Positions 12,216 to 23,924 of a stretch of 64,000 nt of DNA are shown piece by piece (positions within the stretch are counted from its first letter, which is position 1; the number at the start of each line of letters is the position of its first letter). Under the pieces are notes generated by a model, which saw only the letters and a list, made by a program, of their open reading frames with translations, had not been told where the DNA came from and made no database searches. The position numbers and the translations under genes are program-made. This DNA comes from Eukaryota sp. TZLM1-RC (Eukaryota > Protista > Metamonada: BaSk clade). The stretch covers positions 2,728,001 through 2,792,000 of the forward strand of contig JAUPSS010000003.1 in the NCBI GenBank assembly GCA_040285825.1, given 5' to 3'.

Positions 12216-13339
12216 AAATTTTGAGATTTTTTAGTTTTTTTAGTTTTTTAGTTTTCTCATTTGTTACATAATTTTGACTGTTTTAATTAAATAATGAACT
12301 TTTTTACTTCTTTCTATTTAAAATTACCACCTAGAATGGGTTTATTTCACGAGTGGGGAGTCAGCAAGTTTACACATATGTAATACTCTCTCGGGTTTCA
12401 ATTAAATTGGTTAAGATTACAACAACAATATGAGGAAAACTATTTCGACACAGCAACAAACCGTAAAATGTCGATGGCTTTTTCTTGTAAACACAATCAT
12501 CTTATTTTTCAACCATTTGGTGAGAGGCAGGGCCCTCGTCTTCCCAAAAAAGTGTAACAACAATGTCGTAATAGTGAATAACCAATTCAAAGGTCGCCAC
12601 CTGTGCATTTCCACTGCAATGACCAAAGGAAATAATTGCCACGTCATCGTGGGTGATTTGATGTGATTCAACGAGTAACACACGAATGTCACAGATGATC
12701 CAACTGCTGAACAACAAGTACTAGATAGATGGTGTTATCAAAAGTCAGATGAGAATCAAAATTGTTGGTAACACAATTTGTTTGAGGTTTGTAACAGAAG
12801 GATTTTCAAGAAATTCGTATTTTCGTTATTTAAAGCTCTTCCTCGTTATATTAACTCCATTTTGAATAACATTACGGAGTTTTAAAACAAGCGAGTTACT
12901 ATGCAAGTGAATAGCGAAAATCTCTCATCTTTCAAATGATGGAGTTTCAGTAGGGCAAAGCTACAGCCCCGCTGATCTCTTCGAAGCAAAGATCAATGGA
13001 TAGATTTCGAACCATCTTATATCGATCAACTCTACTGTTGATGCCATCAACTTTTACTACACAATTACCTTCACATGTTGGCTCTATCGGAACATCTTCT
13101 GACCTGTTTCTGGCAATTCACATTTAAGCCAAAGAGCAGTACTTTGCTGTTAATGAATCAGAAAAAGGGAACAATCCGTCATGTACCAATTTGATGAAAT
13201 CAGATAAACAATCTGTATCGAAACCAGTGCAGTCGATTGCAAATTTTGTCTAATCCCTTATTTATCAAAATAAAAAAAGGGTCAGCCATTTTATTATTAA
13301 AAAATTAAAACAAATGATGGTACAACCAGTGAACAACTA

Positions 13340-13751
13340 GGAAGAACAATGTTGTTGTGTTGAACCAACAACACTGGGAATCCCTTGTATTCAAACTGTC
13401 GAGGAACAATTATACTCATGCACTCCCTTTGAAGTGGAACAATTTCATTCTCATTGGATCTTACTTGATCCAGAACCTTCAATACCGCCCTGTGACAGCG
13501 ACGTCCCTGTTGATACTAGACAACAGCTATCTCGAGAATTTGTTTCAGAAACGGCCCAATTGACTGAAGCTCATTTGATGAAGCTCAGAGAGGTTTTACA
13601 TGAGCAACAAGCAACAATTGTTCAACAGTTGAACGAACCTCAACTTGTACAATCGTCTGACATTGTGGGTGCTAGGAGGGCTAGAAGAAGGCCAAGATGT
13701 GGTATATGTTTTCAGGAAGGGCACAATCGTTCTACATGTTCCAACAGATAG
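13340..13751 (+). mobile_element. MULE-like DNA transposase remnant (degenerate SWIM plus C-terminal CCHC knuckle)
   Basis: Frame reads CCCVEPTTLGIPCIQ…FHSHWI…RRRPRCGICFQEGHNRSTC* after an in-frame TAG. This SWIM plus knuckle layout is typical of Mutator-like transposase C-termini. Confidence 0.55.
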
Positions 13752-14129
13752 GTAATAAAAGATGTTGTTAAGGTTCTGTAAGTTTGGAGAGGTGAAGTCG
13801 AAGGTTTATGCACATGGATAACACAAATTTGCACACGTGCAACATTTTTGAAAAATTCTGGTTGAAATTTGCAAAATTTGCGGTTTAGCTGCCGATCAAC
13901 AATGACATGGAAAACAGTTGATAATCGTTGTTTGTTGCAAAAAACAGTATATTTATATTTGGTTCTCCATCTTATCCTTGTTATGGTTGTTACAATTCAA
14001 ACATGTCTAAAGGTGCTTCAATTCCCCCTCAAAGTTAAGTAGATCACCTTACCTTACTTTATTTTTCATCAAAGCCTGGTGCTGTTTGCAGAAAAGGAAC
14101 TTTATAGATTGAAATCACAAAATTAAGAT

Positions 14130-14582
14130 CTACAAGTTAAGAAAATGGTCAATAACGTCAGCCATTGGATGTTGGGGATCATAGTGCTTCTTCATGAAGG
14201 ACTTGTCTTCATCCAGATGTTTATCTACTGGGACGATACCAGGAAGATTGACTTCAGTGGAGTAGCGAAGAAGTCTAATCTCAATGTCAGTACTGTCCTT
14301 CTTGGCTGCATCGTTCATCAGTGCAAGGCCTTCTTTTACCATTTTGAGTTTAGTGTAGGGATTCCACTTGAATGAAGCAAGGATAGCTTTTGCTACTCCA
14401 TTGTAGGCACGGAGCAAAGGATCTTTTTGCTTGTTGGTCAACTTCAAAAGTTGATTGGCAATTCTTTCATTATTTTCAACATGGCGATAAAGATGACGGG
14501 CATCAGACAAAACACTGGCAGTAGTTGGCGTAACCAATGCCATCAGAACGGCAACGATAGTGGCTAGAGTTAGAAATCGCAT
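14130..14582 (-). CDS. Small secreted alpha-helical protein resembling Bacteroidetes hypothetical proteins
   Basis: Signal peptide MRFLTLATIVAVLMALVTPTTA. Pattern AY.G.A….A…WNP..KL…KEG..L…A..D….EIR.LR…..NLP……L.EDK recalled from bacterial TPR-like hypotheticals; no search was run. Confidence 0.6.
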   Translation of the reverse strand: MRFLTLATIVAVLMALVTPTTASVLSDARHLYRHVENNERIANQLLKLTNKQKDPLLRAYNGVAKAILASFKWNPYTKLKMVKEGLALMNDAAKKDSTDIEIRLLRYSTEVNLPGIVPVDKHLDEDKSFMKKHYDPQHPMADVIDHFLNL

Positions 14583-14895
14583 TGTGCAACAGAAATGGAA
14601 AGTGTAAACGAAAGTTGCCTTTTCACAGCTCAATCAAATGCCAGATCAAATGCCATTTCTACATATAAAGAGAATAATCGATGCACTGGTAACTATCAAT
14701 GTACTTGGCTGATGTAAGTAATCGAATTTTAAGGTTTAACTGCTGAAAAACGACATGTAGCTTTCTTTTGAACAGCATCTGTTATGGATATGACGACAAA
14801 GATTCAACCCGTGAAGACCTTCTATGTTAGCACGATACACATTCACAGTTGCTTTTATGTACATTATTCATTTAAAAGTGATGAAAATTACAGTC

Positions 14896-15132
14896 CTACA
14901 GCCATCCTCCACGTAGCCTTACCAACAAGTCAATGGTAGATTCATTTCTGATATCATAATCTGCAAGGTACCTGTCATCCTGGAGTGTTTTCCCGGCATA
15001 AACCATACGTTGTTGCTCAATCGGTATTTCGCTCTTTTCATAGACTTGCTGCTTGAGAGATCTCACATCAGCTGGTGGAAGAACAACAAGGGTGATTGTT
15101 TTACCAGTCAGAAGGCGAACAAAAACCTGCAT
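14896..15132 (-). CDS. Divergent monomeric ubiquitin-like protein (76 aa + WL extension)
   Basis: MQVFVRLLTGKTITL…QQRMVYAGK…LVRLRGG-WL*. About 40/76 identities to canonical ubiquitin by hand alignment. Confidence 0.85.
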   Translation of the reverse strand: MQVFVRLLTGKTITLVVLPPADVRSLKQQVYEKSEIPIEQQRMVYAGKTLQDDRYLADYDIRNESTIDLLVRLRGGWL

Positions 15133-15929
15133 GATTGCAAGAATGTGAAAGAGAGATTCAACTGACATAACATTTTCTCGATTGGAATTTGTGATCAAAC
15201 AAAAATATGAAAGTTTCGCCACATATATTTTTTAAACATACATATTTTATTCAAATAAAATAAAAATTTAACAAAAAATATGAAAACATAAAATTCGTTA
15301 CATATTCTTGTTCTTTTGTCAAAATTTATTGATGGGTGGGTGGAACTAGTTCAATATTAGAGAACTTCTATACAAAGTCAATAGAAATGCAATGGTTTTA
15401 ATGTTTCATTCTTGAACCATTTATCTACACTAAATCCAATTGAAACCATAATTTGTCAAGATACCCAGCATGAACTCCAAAGTGAAGCTAAGAGAAGACG
15501 ACCCGTTCTCCCCAGTAATTGAGACAAATATTTGTAATGTTCCTGAAAACATATTCAAATACAAGTGTTAAACAATGGTGATGTAATGTTCAAAAGAGCT
15601 GGCGATAATGGTGGTTTCTGTTGTTAGTCTGTTGATTGTCGATCACCTGATGACAATCTTCGCTATTTTATTGAATGCTTGAATAATTGAATTGAGAAGT
15701 CACTGATTGTAACTTAAGAAATAATCATTCACTTATTGGTTTAAATTCAAAAGATAAATTAAAAAAACGCAAGTTCAATAGTCAGGTAATCATTGGACAT
15801 CATTACTGGGCAATTGTATACAAGGTTGTAAAAGGTACAGGTTACAACCCATAACAAACACACTATAAGAGGTTACGACTGCTACACCATTAAATACTTT
15901 TTTATTGAAAAAATTAATTACAAAATAGT

Positions 15930-16520
15930 TCGTGATGTGACATATGAGATGTTCAAGTGTTACAATTTTAGTTGCAAAGTAGAACCGTTGTTGAAGCATT
16001 ATAGCGATAATAATCTGTTTAATTCACGTCGAGGTGATTTAATTGCTCTTTTTGTGGATTCCTCTCAAGTTGTTGTTGATTTTACTACAGTTGATCCCTT
16101 TGCTTTTATTTATCGTGATGATGTTTTACTTAGTAGTGCTAATGGTCATTTAAACAAGGCTGAAGATCGTAAAAGAGATAAATATACTGAGATATTAAAT
16201 GATTTAAATAAGAATCTTTACTCGAAGTTTTCGTTTGTTCCTTTTGCCTTTTCGATTTTTGGCAACATTGGACAGTCTGCCTTGAATTTTATCAATGATT
16301 TTGGTAATTTATGTCGTTCAAGTAGTAAGAATTTTGCAGGGAATTTATGGAAGAATCGTATCATTTTCGCTTTGTACAGAAGTGTTCCCAAGTACTTGAG
16401 TTTAATGATGTCTAAGCTGTATAAGGATTCATCAAGAGTTGGCGTGGAGAATTTTGTTTCTTATGTGTTTTAGTTTGTATTTGTTTTGTTTTGATTCTTC
16501 GTAGAAAATAAAATTAATAA
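15930..16520 (+). mobile_element. 3' fragment of RLE non-LTR retrotransposon, family D
   Basis: VEPLL…RRGDLIA…VVVDFTTVDP…AE.RKRDKY…PFAFSIFG…WKNRIIFA, followed by an A-rich 3' end. Confidence 0.8.
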
Positions 16521-17024
16521 ATAATAACAAAATAGTTTATTTAACTGGGTTTTTTAGGTTGAGCTCGAGCCTTTTTGCCAGTTGCAGTAGTTTTAATCTT
16601 TTTGGTCACCTTCTTTGATTCTGCAGCAGCTCTCTTTCCAGCATTTCGAGTATGTGCTTCTGTCTGTAGAGCAATTTCTTCGACTCGCTGCTCAGTTGTG
16701 CGGCTCTGGCTACGTGTACTGACAGGCATAAAAAGAGTGGATATAGTTGCATAAAATGTGTTCCCAACTAGTTGCTGTACCACTTAGTAGATATCATGCA
16801 AGCGGTGTTTAGCGGTTAACCGTGACCTTCCTATTACGGAAGGTGGATCACGTCATCATAGCGGTGTTTGGCGGTGTCACTAGAATTTAGCCAAATCGCA
16901 ATTTTGAGTGCCGCAGAGTCTCCTAACACCATAAGTTTGTGGGAAGAGCTACCTTCAGGATAATTATTTCCTTAATTCTAGGATTATGTGACCAACAAAT
17001 ACCAAAACATAATCAATTACAAAT

Positions 17025-17160
17025 AAATTAATCCTACAAACACTCTTGCATTCAAAGCAAAGGGGAAACAAAAAAAATATGATAAAGATATTAAAGAAGC
17101 TAATACTCATAGAAGTAGACAACTTGCCTTTATTGCATTCCCATTTTCATTAAGTGGTGG
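17025..17160 (+). mobile_element. Short decayed fragment of RLE non-LTR family C
   Basis: Nucleotide similarity to 61170-61300 (TTAATCCT…TATGATAAAGAT…GAAGCTAAT…TTTATTGC.TTCCCATTTTC). Confidence 0.6.
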
Positions 17161-17892
17161 GCGATCTTTAGATCTTTGCCCTTGAATTCAATTCACCATA
17201 AGTACAACAGGTCTTTCATAGAATAAGATAAAACAGGCGAGAAAACAAGCATATCATTATTGTGTGGAAGAATCTTGGTTGAAGGAATTTCGTCCCATTT
17301 GTTCTATGTCTCAATTTCTGAGCTTTCTTCAGTTTATTGAGTGTTGTAGCTCAATAAGATTAAACAATACTCGCCCAAATGCTACTGAATTCATTATTAA
17401 TGAAATTCAATATATATATACTATTTGCGTAATGGAACTCCTGATTTTGGAAATCAGGTGATCTCAAGGCTCTTTATCAGCTCCCAGGTGCCTCCATAAT
17501 GGGCTCTATTCTGTATGAGTTCTTATGTGGAGCCTGCAATGAAGATATTGCTAACTTTAGTTAACAAAAAGAAGAAAACATAGACACATTGAATCAGCTT
17601 GGGTTCAATAAGATGTTTAATCTGAGAAGTTCTCATAAATCATTTTTTCTATAAATTGTTACATAGATACCTTTTGAATTGCAAATAAACCAGAATTCAG
17701 AGGATCTATTTGCACAATTATACAGACAGTTTACCTTTTTTTAACTGATTGAATTCCAAGAATAGTCACGTTCTTACTTTGACATTTCAAATCTAGCCAC
17801 TTTGATTCTGTGGGCTTTTCAACGGTCACAATTTTTGTAATTTTCTCCTTTTTAATTTACCAATTTCAATTCATTTTTCCTCCTCATAAGCT

Positions 17893-19597
17893 ATGGTTGC
17901 CTCCCAGCGTTACATTTGTACTATTGATTCCGGCACCACCTCCAACCGGTGCATTCTTTTCGACACTGATGACCTCTCCATCAAAGCCATTCACCAAATT
18001 GAACATCGTCAAATCTATCGTCAACCCGGCTGGGTAGAACATGACCCTAAAGAAATCATCGCCAACGTAAAGCTCTGCATTAACCAAGCTGTCTCCCAGC
18101 TTTATTCTACCGTTCCTGCCTCAAAACCATCAGAAGAAGTCATTGCCATTGGTGTCACTAACCAAAGGGAAACACTTGTTGTTTGGGATTCATCTACTGG
18201 CGAACCTCTCTACAACGCTATTGTTTGGCTAGACACCAGAACTAAGGACTGTGTAGACCAACTGGTGACTAAGCTTGGTGGCGTAAGGGCTCTTTCGGAT
18301 CAAACGGGCCTTCCCTTATCTACTTATTTTTCTGGTGTGAAACTTCGTTGGCTACTTGACAATGTACCAGCTGTGGCTGAGGCTTCTGCGAAGAAAACAC
18401 TGTTATGGGGAACTATTGACTCTTGGATTTTATACTCCCTGAGTAGGGAAAGAGTACATGTTACGGATGTGAGTAACGCGTCGAGAACTCTTTTGTTTAA
18501 TATTAAATCATTAGAGTGGGATAAACAATTGTTTGATGCTTTGGATATTCCTTTTACCGGCTATCCAGAGGTTAAACTTTCCTGTTCTGAGAGCTATGGA
18601 ACAATGGATCAGGGACCTCTAGCTGATGTTCCTTTCTGTTCTATTCTGGGGGATCAGCAGAGTGCACTTTGTGGACAAGGAGGTGTTTCTCCGAGCTCTA
18701 CCAAAGTAACTTATGGTATGTTTATTGTATTTTAAATTTCACCGCATGAACTGGGGCTTTTTTGCTCAAGAACACCGGAAGTGTACCCATATCTAGCTCG
18801 CATGGTTTGGTTACCACTATTGGTTATCAGTTCAAGTCCAATGAAGTCATTTACTGTCTAGAAGGTTTGGTCTTGTATTAATTACCACTAACAATCAGGA
18901 AGTATAGCTGTTGCTGGCTCTGCCATTCAGTTTTGTCGGGATAATCTTTGTCTCTTTTCTGATGTATCAGAGGTTGAACCTCTAGCTCGTTCTGTTGATG
19001 AAGCCGAATGTGTATGTTCTCTGCAAGTCTTCTTCCTCACATTAGGTCTTTGTTCCGGCTTTCAGTGGTTTATTCTGTCCTGTATGTTCTCTCTTTTTCA
19101 TTCCCTTCTTACCCCAGCATTGGGATCAAACTGCCAGAGGTACCATTGTTGGGATGAGCCAATATACGACAAAAGCGCATATTGTTAGATCTGTCCTCTC
19201 TTCTGTCGCTCATCAAGTATGTGACGTTATTTACGCCATGAATGAAGACACAGCGCATGTCAAGGGATTGAAGGAGCTTTCAGATCTCAAAATTGATGGT
19301 GGAATGACTTCAAATACTCTTTTATGTGAAACACAAGCTTCCCTTCTCAACTGTCCTGTCTACGTTTCCCGTGTTGCAGCTCCCGGAGGAGAGCAAAAGT
19401 CTGAAGCTACTGCATTGGGAGCTGCACTTGCTGCTGGAGTTGGTATTGGGTTTTGGGATAGTATTGAAGAAGCAGTAGAGCATCAACAGAGACATGCAAA
19501 TGTTTTGCAATACATGCCGGTCTTGGAGGAGGAGAAGAGATTGGCTGCAATAAAGAGATGGAATAAGGCCTTGGACAAGGCTAGAGGTTGGATTTAA
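17893..19597 (+). CDS. glpK: Glycerol kinase (FGGY family); 4 introns
   Basis: Exons 17893-18715, 18748-18864, 18899-19011, 19046-19081, 19118-19597 join to 522 aa with IDSGTTS, GWVEHDP, GVTNQRET, TDVSNASRT, GDQQSAL, TYGTGAFLL, LEGSIAVAGS, FVPAFSGL and DGG. Introns 18716-18747 (GT-AT), and 18865-18898, 19012-19045, 19082-19117 (GT-AG). Confidence 0.95.
18716..18747 (+). other. 32-nt intron with non-canonical GT-AT boundaries
   Basis: GTATGT donor, and TTCAC branch-like motif with A at 18741 followed by exactly 6 nt (CCGCAT). Removal yields the conserved TYG|TGAF. Retention stops at 18733-18735, and the next AGs (18770, 18781) are out of frame. Confidence 0.8.
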
Positions 19598-20309
19598 TTA
19601 ATTAGTGATTATAGTGTAATTGTATAAACTGTATATTGTTAGATAAATGTGAATATTCATGGTGATAATAAATATTACTGAGCCGAACATCACATGATAA
19701 GCTGAGCAAATACTGCGATAAATGTGCAGTTTTGACTAATTTTTGGGTTTTTCTACAAGGGAATAATATGGTGATTTAGGCAAACTAATGGATTAACGAA
19801 TATGTCAAAAAACCGATGATTTCTACCGATTTTGATCGCCAAGATTTTGTTCTTACTTTTCAATAATGCGTCTTCAGGGCGGAAGCATCTTATCGATTTA
19901 CATCATTGGAAGGGAAAAGTTTATTCTCAATAGTTGTAATTTACCAAACAAGTATGCATATTTCTATCAAAGCAGAATAATGAAATTTTCCAAATACGGG
20001 TGCCTGTTTTAAAGCTAAAACATACAATTATTTAATTTTAGCAAGTCTAATGTTTTGCAGTCTAATAGTTTGTAGATCAGACTCATTTCTGTAATTTCCA
20101 CTCAATTCTGACTCAATTCTACACTTTATGAATGTCTTCCTTGAAGCTTCTATTTGCATTTGCATTTTTGTTTTTTAGCCTTCTAGCTTGATATTTTCTG
20201 GATGATGTCCGAAGAGATTAACAATGTGTCCTTCAAAGTGTTTGAGAAGTGATGAAATGATTCAGTAATTTTTGATATTTACTAATACTATCTATACCTA
20301 GAGACAATT

Positions 20310-21390
20310 TTATTTTTATTTTCAACGCTAACAAAACATTAAAAAAAGCTAGAACTCAATATCCTCAATACACGCATCAACATCATCAAATCTCTTAAGC
20401 GCGCGATTTTCATACTCTATTCCTAATTTTAACAGTGCTTTGGTCAGCATTTCTGAAATTGCTTTAAGAATACTGAAAACAATTCGGTTGTGCCCAAAAT
20501 TGAAGTTCAATACTTTTCTGCTCTTTCTTTTATTAAACTTCTGAAACCTTCGAGAAATTTAATGCCAGATATTCCAATGTTACCAAAAAAAGAAACAGCA
20601 AATAGAACCATCTAGTACTTTACATACTCAACACGTTCTAGCTGAGATAAAACTTCATTGTATTTTTTGATTTTGCACTTTTCAGCAAAGCAAAATGGAG
20701 TTTCATCTTTTTTAGCAAAAGCAATTGCTGAGTCTTTACAAACATCAACAGTGACAACATCAACAACTTTGATCACACCATCAGACCCAGGGGTAATTAA
20801 ATCAGCACGGCGTTTCCCAAAAGTATTTTCGTCTTCATTTTCAGATGACAACATTCGCACAAGTGGTTCAACAAAAGCTTCAATGTGATGACTTTTGCAC
20901 ATAGCATATAGTTGGTCTCTAACAGCATCGTGAACAACTGAGCGATATGTAATATTAAATTTGCAATTAAATACATGATTCAGATTGATGAGCTGACCAC
21001 AACGACAAATCAAACCATTTGGCACACTGCATGGCTACAAAAAGCACCTCATTCTTAAGGCAGTTGTCCATTGATGGTCATTTGATAATAAACCACAAAC
21101 ATATGGAATTTGGGAAATGAGACAATTTGAGCTACTTTTTTTAAGATCAATTAAACAATCAGCAAAAACGGGATTCTTTTCCTTAGCCAAGCTAAGACGT
21201 ACAGTAAAATTCTAGTTTTCAAAAACTTTTAGATCTTACAGGAAATCAAACTTCTGGTTGGAATTTCTTGATTATCGGCAGGAAATCACTTGGACTATAT
21301 TTGTGGAGAGAGGCATTCGATTTCTTTCTGTAAAGACACCAAATAATCACTTACACAACATTCTATTAGATGTTGGTTTTCAGGAAAACA
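20310..21390 (-). mobile_element. Decayed RLE non-LTR retrotransposon, family B (Zn knuckle + endonuclease)
   Basis: LICRCGQLINLNHVFNC, HDAVRDQL and RRADLITP. Near-identical to 4765-5340, with stops and frameshifts. Confidence 0.85.
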
Positions 21391-21484
21391 AGGATCAACA
21401 GACATTACATCCAATAAAATGAAGGTTCCATCCAATCCAGGTAATATGACATCACCTCTATTGTTCTTATGAAAAGCATCTTCA
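21388..21484 (-). mobile_element. About 100-bp fragment of non-LTR family A
   Basis: FHKNNRGDVILPGLDGTFILLDVMSVDPC matches 43425-43515. Confidence 0.75.
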
Positions 21485-21965
21485 CTCATTGTTATTGGAA
21501 AAGGGTGTTTGTGAAAATCAGTCATCGGATTCTTCACTGTTTCTAACCATTGTACCACGAAGATTTGGACTGTTGTTGACTTTGTCTCCTGTAATGTTGT
21601 AAATGACACTTTGGTTCAAAGAAGAAAATTTAATCCTGTAGGTGCTCTTGAATTTAAAGCTAAAGAAAAACATCGAAAATATGATAAAGATATCGAAGAA
21701 GCTGATGTTGATACAAATAGACCACTTGTTTTTATTGCTTTCCGATTTTCGATAAACGGAAGACTATCAGTACAAGCAGCAACTTTTTTGAATGACTTCC
21801 AAGAAATGGTTCAAGAAAAAACAATGAAAAGTTTTGATATTTTTTCATGGTGCTCTCGCATTCAGTTTGCCATTATTAATAAATTACCTCGTTTTTTCAA
21901 CCGAATTAGAGAAGCTTTAGCTAGACAGCAAGCAGATCAAGATTTTGTAGAGGAAATCTTGGTTA
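21478..21965 (+). mobile_element. Internally deleted fragment of non-LTR family C
   Basis: Matches 37835-37930, then jumps to 38235-38630 (KAKEKHRKYDK…FSINGRLS…ARQQADQDFVEEILV). Confidence 0.8.
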
Positions 21966-22915
21966 GCCAAGCCAAGTCTAACATCAAAATCCAAGCTTTC
22001 AAAAATCTTTGATAATTGTTTTTGAAGTTTTCTACAGCAAAACTGTAAATTAAAATGAGGTCGTTTGGAATTTCTTGAATTGATTGAGGAACACGTTTTG
22101 GTCCAAATTTGTGGTGGCAATCTTTCAAGTTCACAAGATAACTCATTCAAATATGGACTGCAACTGGGAACTAACAGATGAGAATCTTCAGGAAATCTAC
22201 GAGAAAATTCATAAATAAAATTCTTGCCTCCACCCAAAAATGCTGATTGACACAAAATAGAAGATTTAGTAAATCCAATGCCACCCAAATTTGCTGACGA
22301 AAATAAGTGAATGTTGAACATTCCAGGTTCCACATCCAATAAATCAGCAAAAAATTCTGTTCTCAATAAATTAAAGGAACGACCAAAATCTAATGCTATG
22401 GAAGAAGCACAAAATGTGGGTTAATCTCCCAAAAAAGCAAATTTTAAGCATGAAAAATTTAGTATATTTTTCTAAATCTAAAGAAGAAATTGAATCAAGT
22501 TCAATTTTCATTTTTTCCAAAAAAAAAACTTGTAATTCATTCTGAATTTGAGGCACATTTCCTCAACAGCAACCCAGTAATTTAAAAGAATCACTACAAT
22601 AGTTAGTAAAAGGGACAACAAAATCATTAATTACAAGGCCCTGAGAAGAAGAACCAATCAGAAGGCATTTGCTCGCATTAAGATGAAGTCCAATATTTTC
22701 ATATGAATCGGCACTTTCAGGAGCAACCAATTGTAACGAATCAAATGAACCAATCAAGGATACATCATTCGTATAAGCAACTATTTTTATAGAAAGGTAT
22801 TTTTGCTTAATCATAGCTAAAGTTTTGTGAATAGCTAAACAAAACAATGATGGACCTAAAGGATCACCTTGTTTTACACTTCAAGATGACTTTAGACCAA
22901 ATGAATTAAATAATA
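21963..22915 (-). mobile_element. Decayed RT region of non-LTR family A
   Basis: Collinear with 43860-44810 (VKQGDPLGP, AYTND as a mutated AYMDD, LGGIGF), with multiple frameshifts. Confidence 0.85.
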
Positions 22916-23519
22916 ACCCTGAACCTCCAAAATTGTGAACAAAATCCAATTGTTTTCCCTTCCCTTCAAGTCGCAATATGGCTGTTCTTGCAACTGTGTG
23001 CTGTATATTATTGGCACGTAAATACAAGGTGTTCCGTCCTCTTAAACTTCTTGTTAAACCTAAGTACCTTTTGGCTGAACAAATTGTCACATTTACTTCT
23101 TCCACAATGTTCAAGCGCAACACTGCAAGTGCTTCTGAGGAAGCAAAAGAGTCACCACAGAGTTAAACTACCCTTTTACTTCCTATGTTACACAGTCCAG
23201 TTTTGACTTGGTCATTAATCTGTTGGTTTTACCACTGTGCTATACACTGTACTTTCTCGCAATGGCAGTAATCACTTCCATCCACGTTTATTTTGTTATG
23301 GGGAAGTTACCACAACTGGTGCTTCGTTACCTCACACATCCACAAGGTTCAAGTCGTGGAGAAATCATTCGGTTTCTTGGTGAATTTCGTTGTTTAATTA
23401 GTGTGTTCTTTGTCAAAATAAACAGTTATCCATAGTATTTACAATTTAAAGTTAATCACTATCAGTACATTAAAAACATTATAAAATACAAAAACTACAA
23501 AAACTCTACCATCAATACC

Positions 23520-23924
23520 TTACAGCTTTTCATCACAGACCTCCATGAACTTATACAGGAGACTAGTCATTTCTGCAGAGAATGGTTCGTTGTTAACAAT
23601 GGAGGTGTAATCTGGCTCTGTTTTTGAGCAGCAAATGTTCATTTCACCAAGGTTGTGGATAAAGAGCTTCCAGTTTTCAATGTTGGTCCATTTGTTTGAC
23701 TTGACGTTGATATCAATCTTCTTGTCTGGGCGAAGAAGACGAACTAGGTGAAGCAGAGCTTGACCAGAACGGAGGTCCTTTGATGTTGCTGCAACGTCGG
23801 CGTAATTGTGAGGTAAGACTCTTCGTATAAGACGCATTAGAGCTACGAGCACTGCCAAACTGTCACGTTTCTCCCGCAGTTGTCTAATCTGAGTGAGAGG
23901 AGAGTCTGTTGAAGAAGGGGCCAT
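23520..23924 (-). CDS. Small calponin-homology (CH) domain protein
   Basis: 134 aa from ATG 23924. DLRSGQALLHLVRLLRP…NIENWKLF fits the CH consensus. Confidence 0.6.
   Translation of the reverse strand: MAPSSTDSPLTQIRQLREKRDSLAVLVALMRLIRRVLPHNYADVAATSKDLRSGQALLHLVRLLRPDKKIDINVKSNKWTNIENWKLFIHNLGEMNICCSKTEPDYTSIVNNEPFSAEMTSLLYKFMEVCDEKL

Noticed and set aside
16541-16783. Lys-rich histone-H1-like short ORF
   Set aside because: No ATG-initiated recognisable domain; likely low-complexity or transposon debris.
22920-23430. Possible piggyBac-like transposase remnant on the minus strand (RVV*LCGDSFASS)
   Set aside because: The resemblance is too weak and interrupted to support without a profile search.
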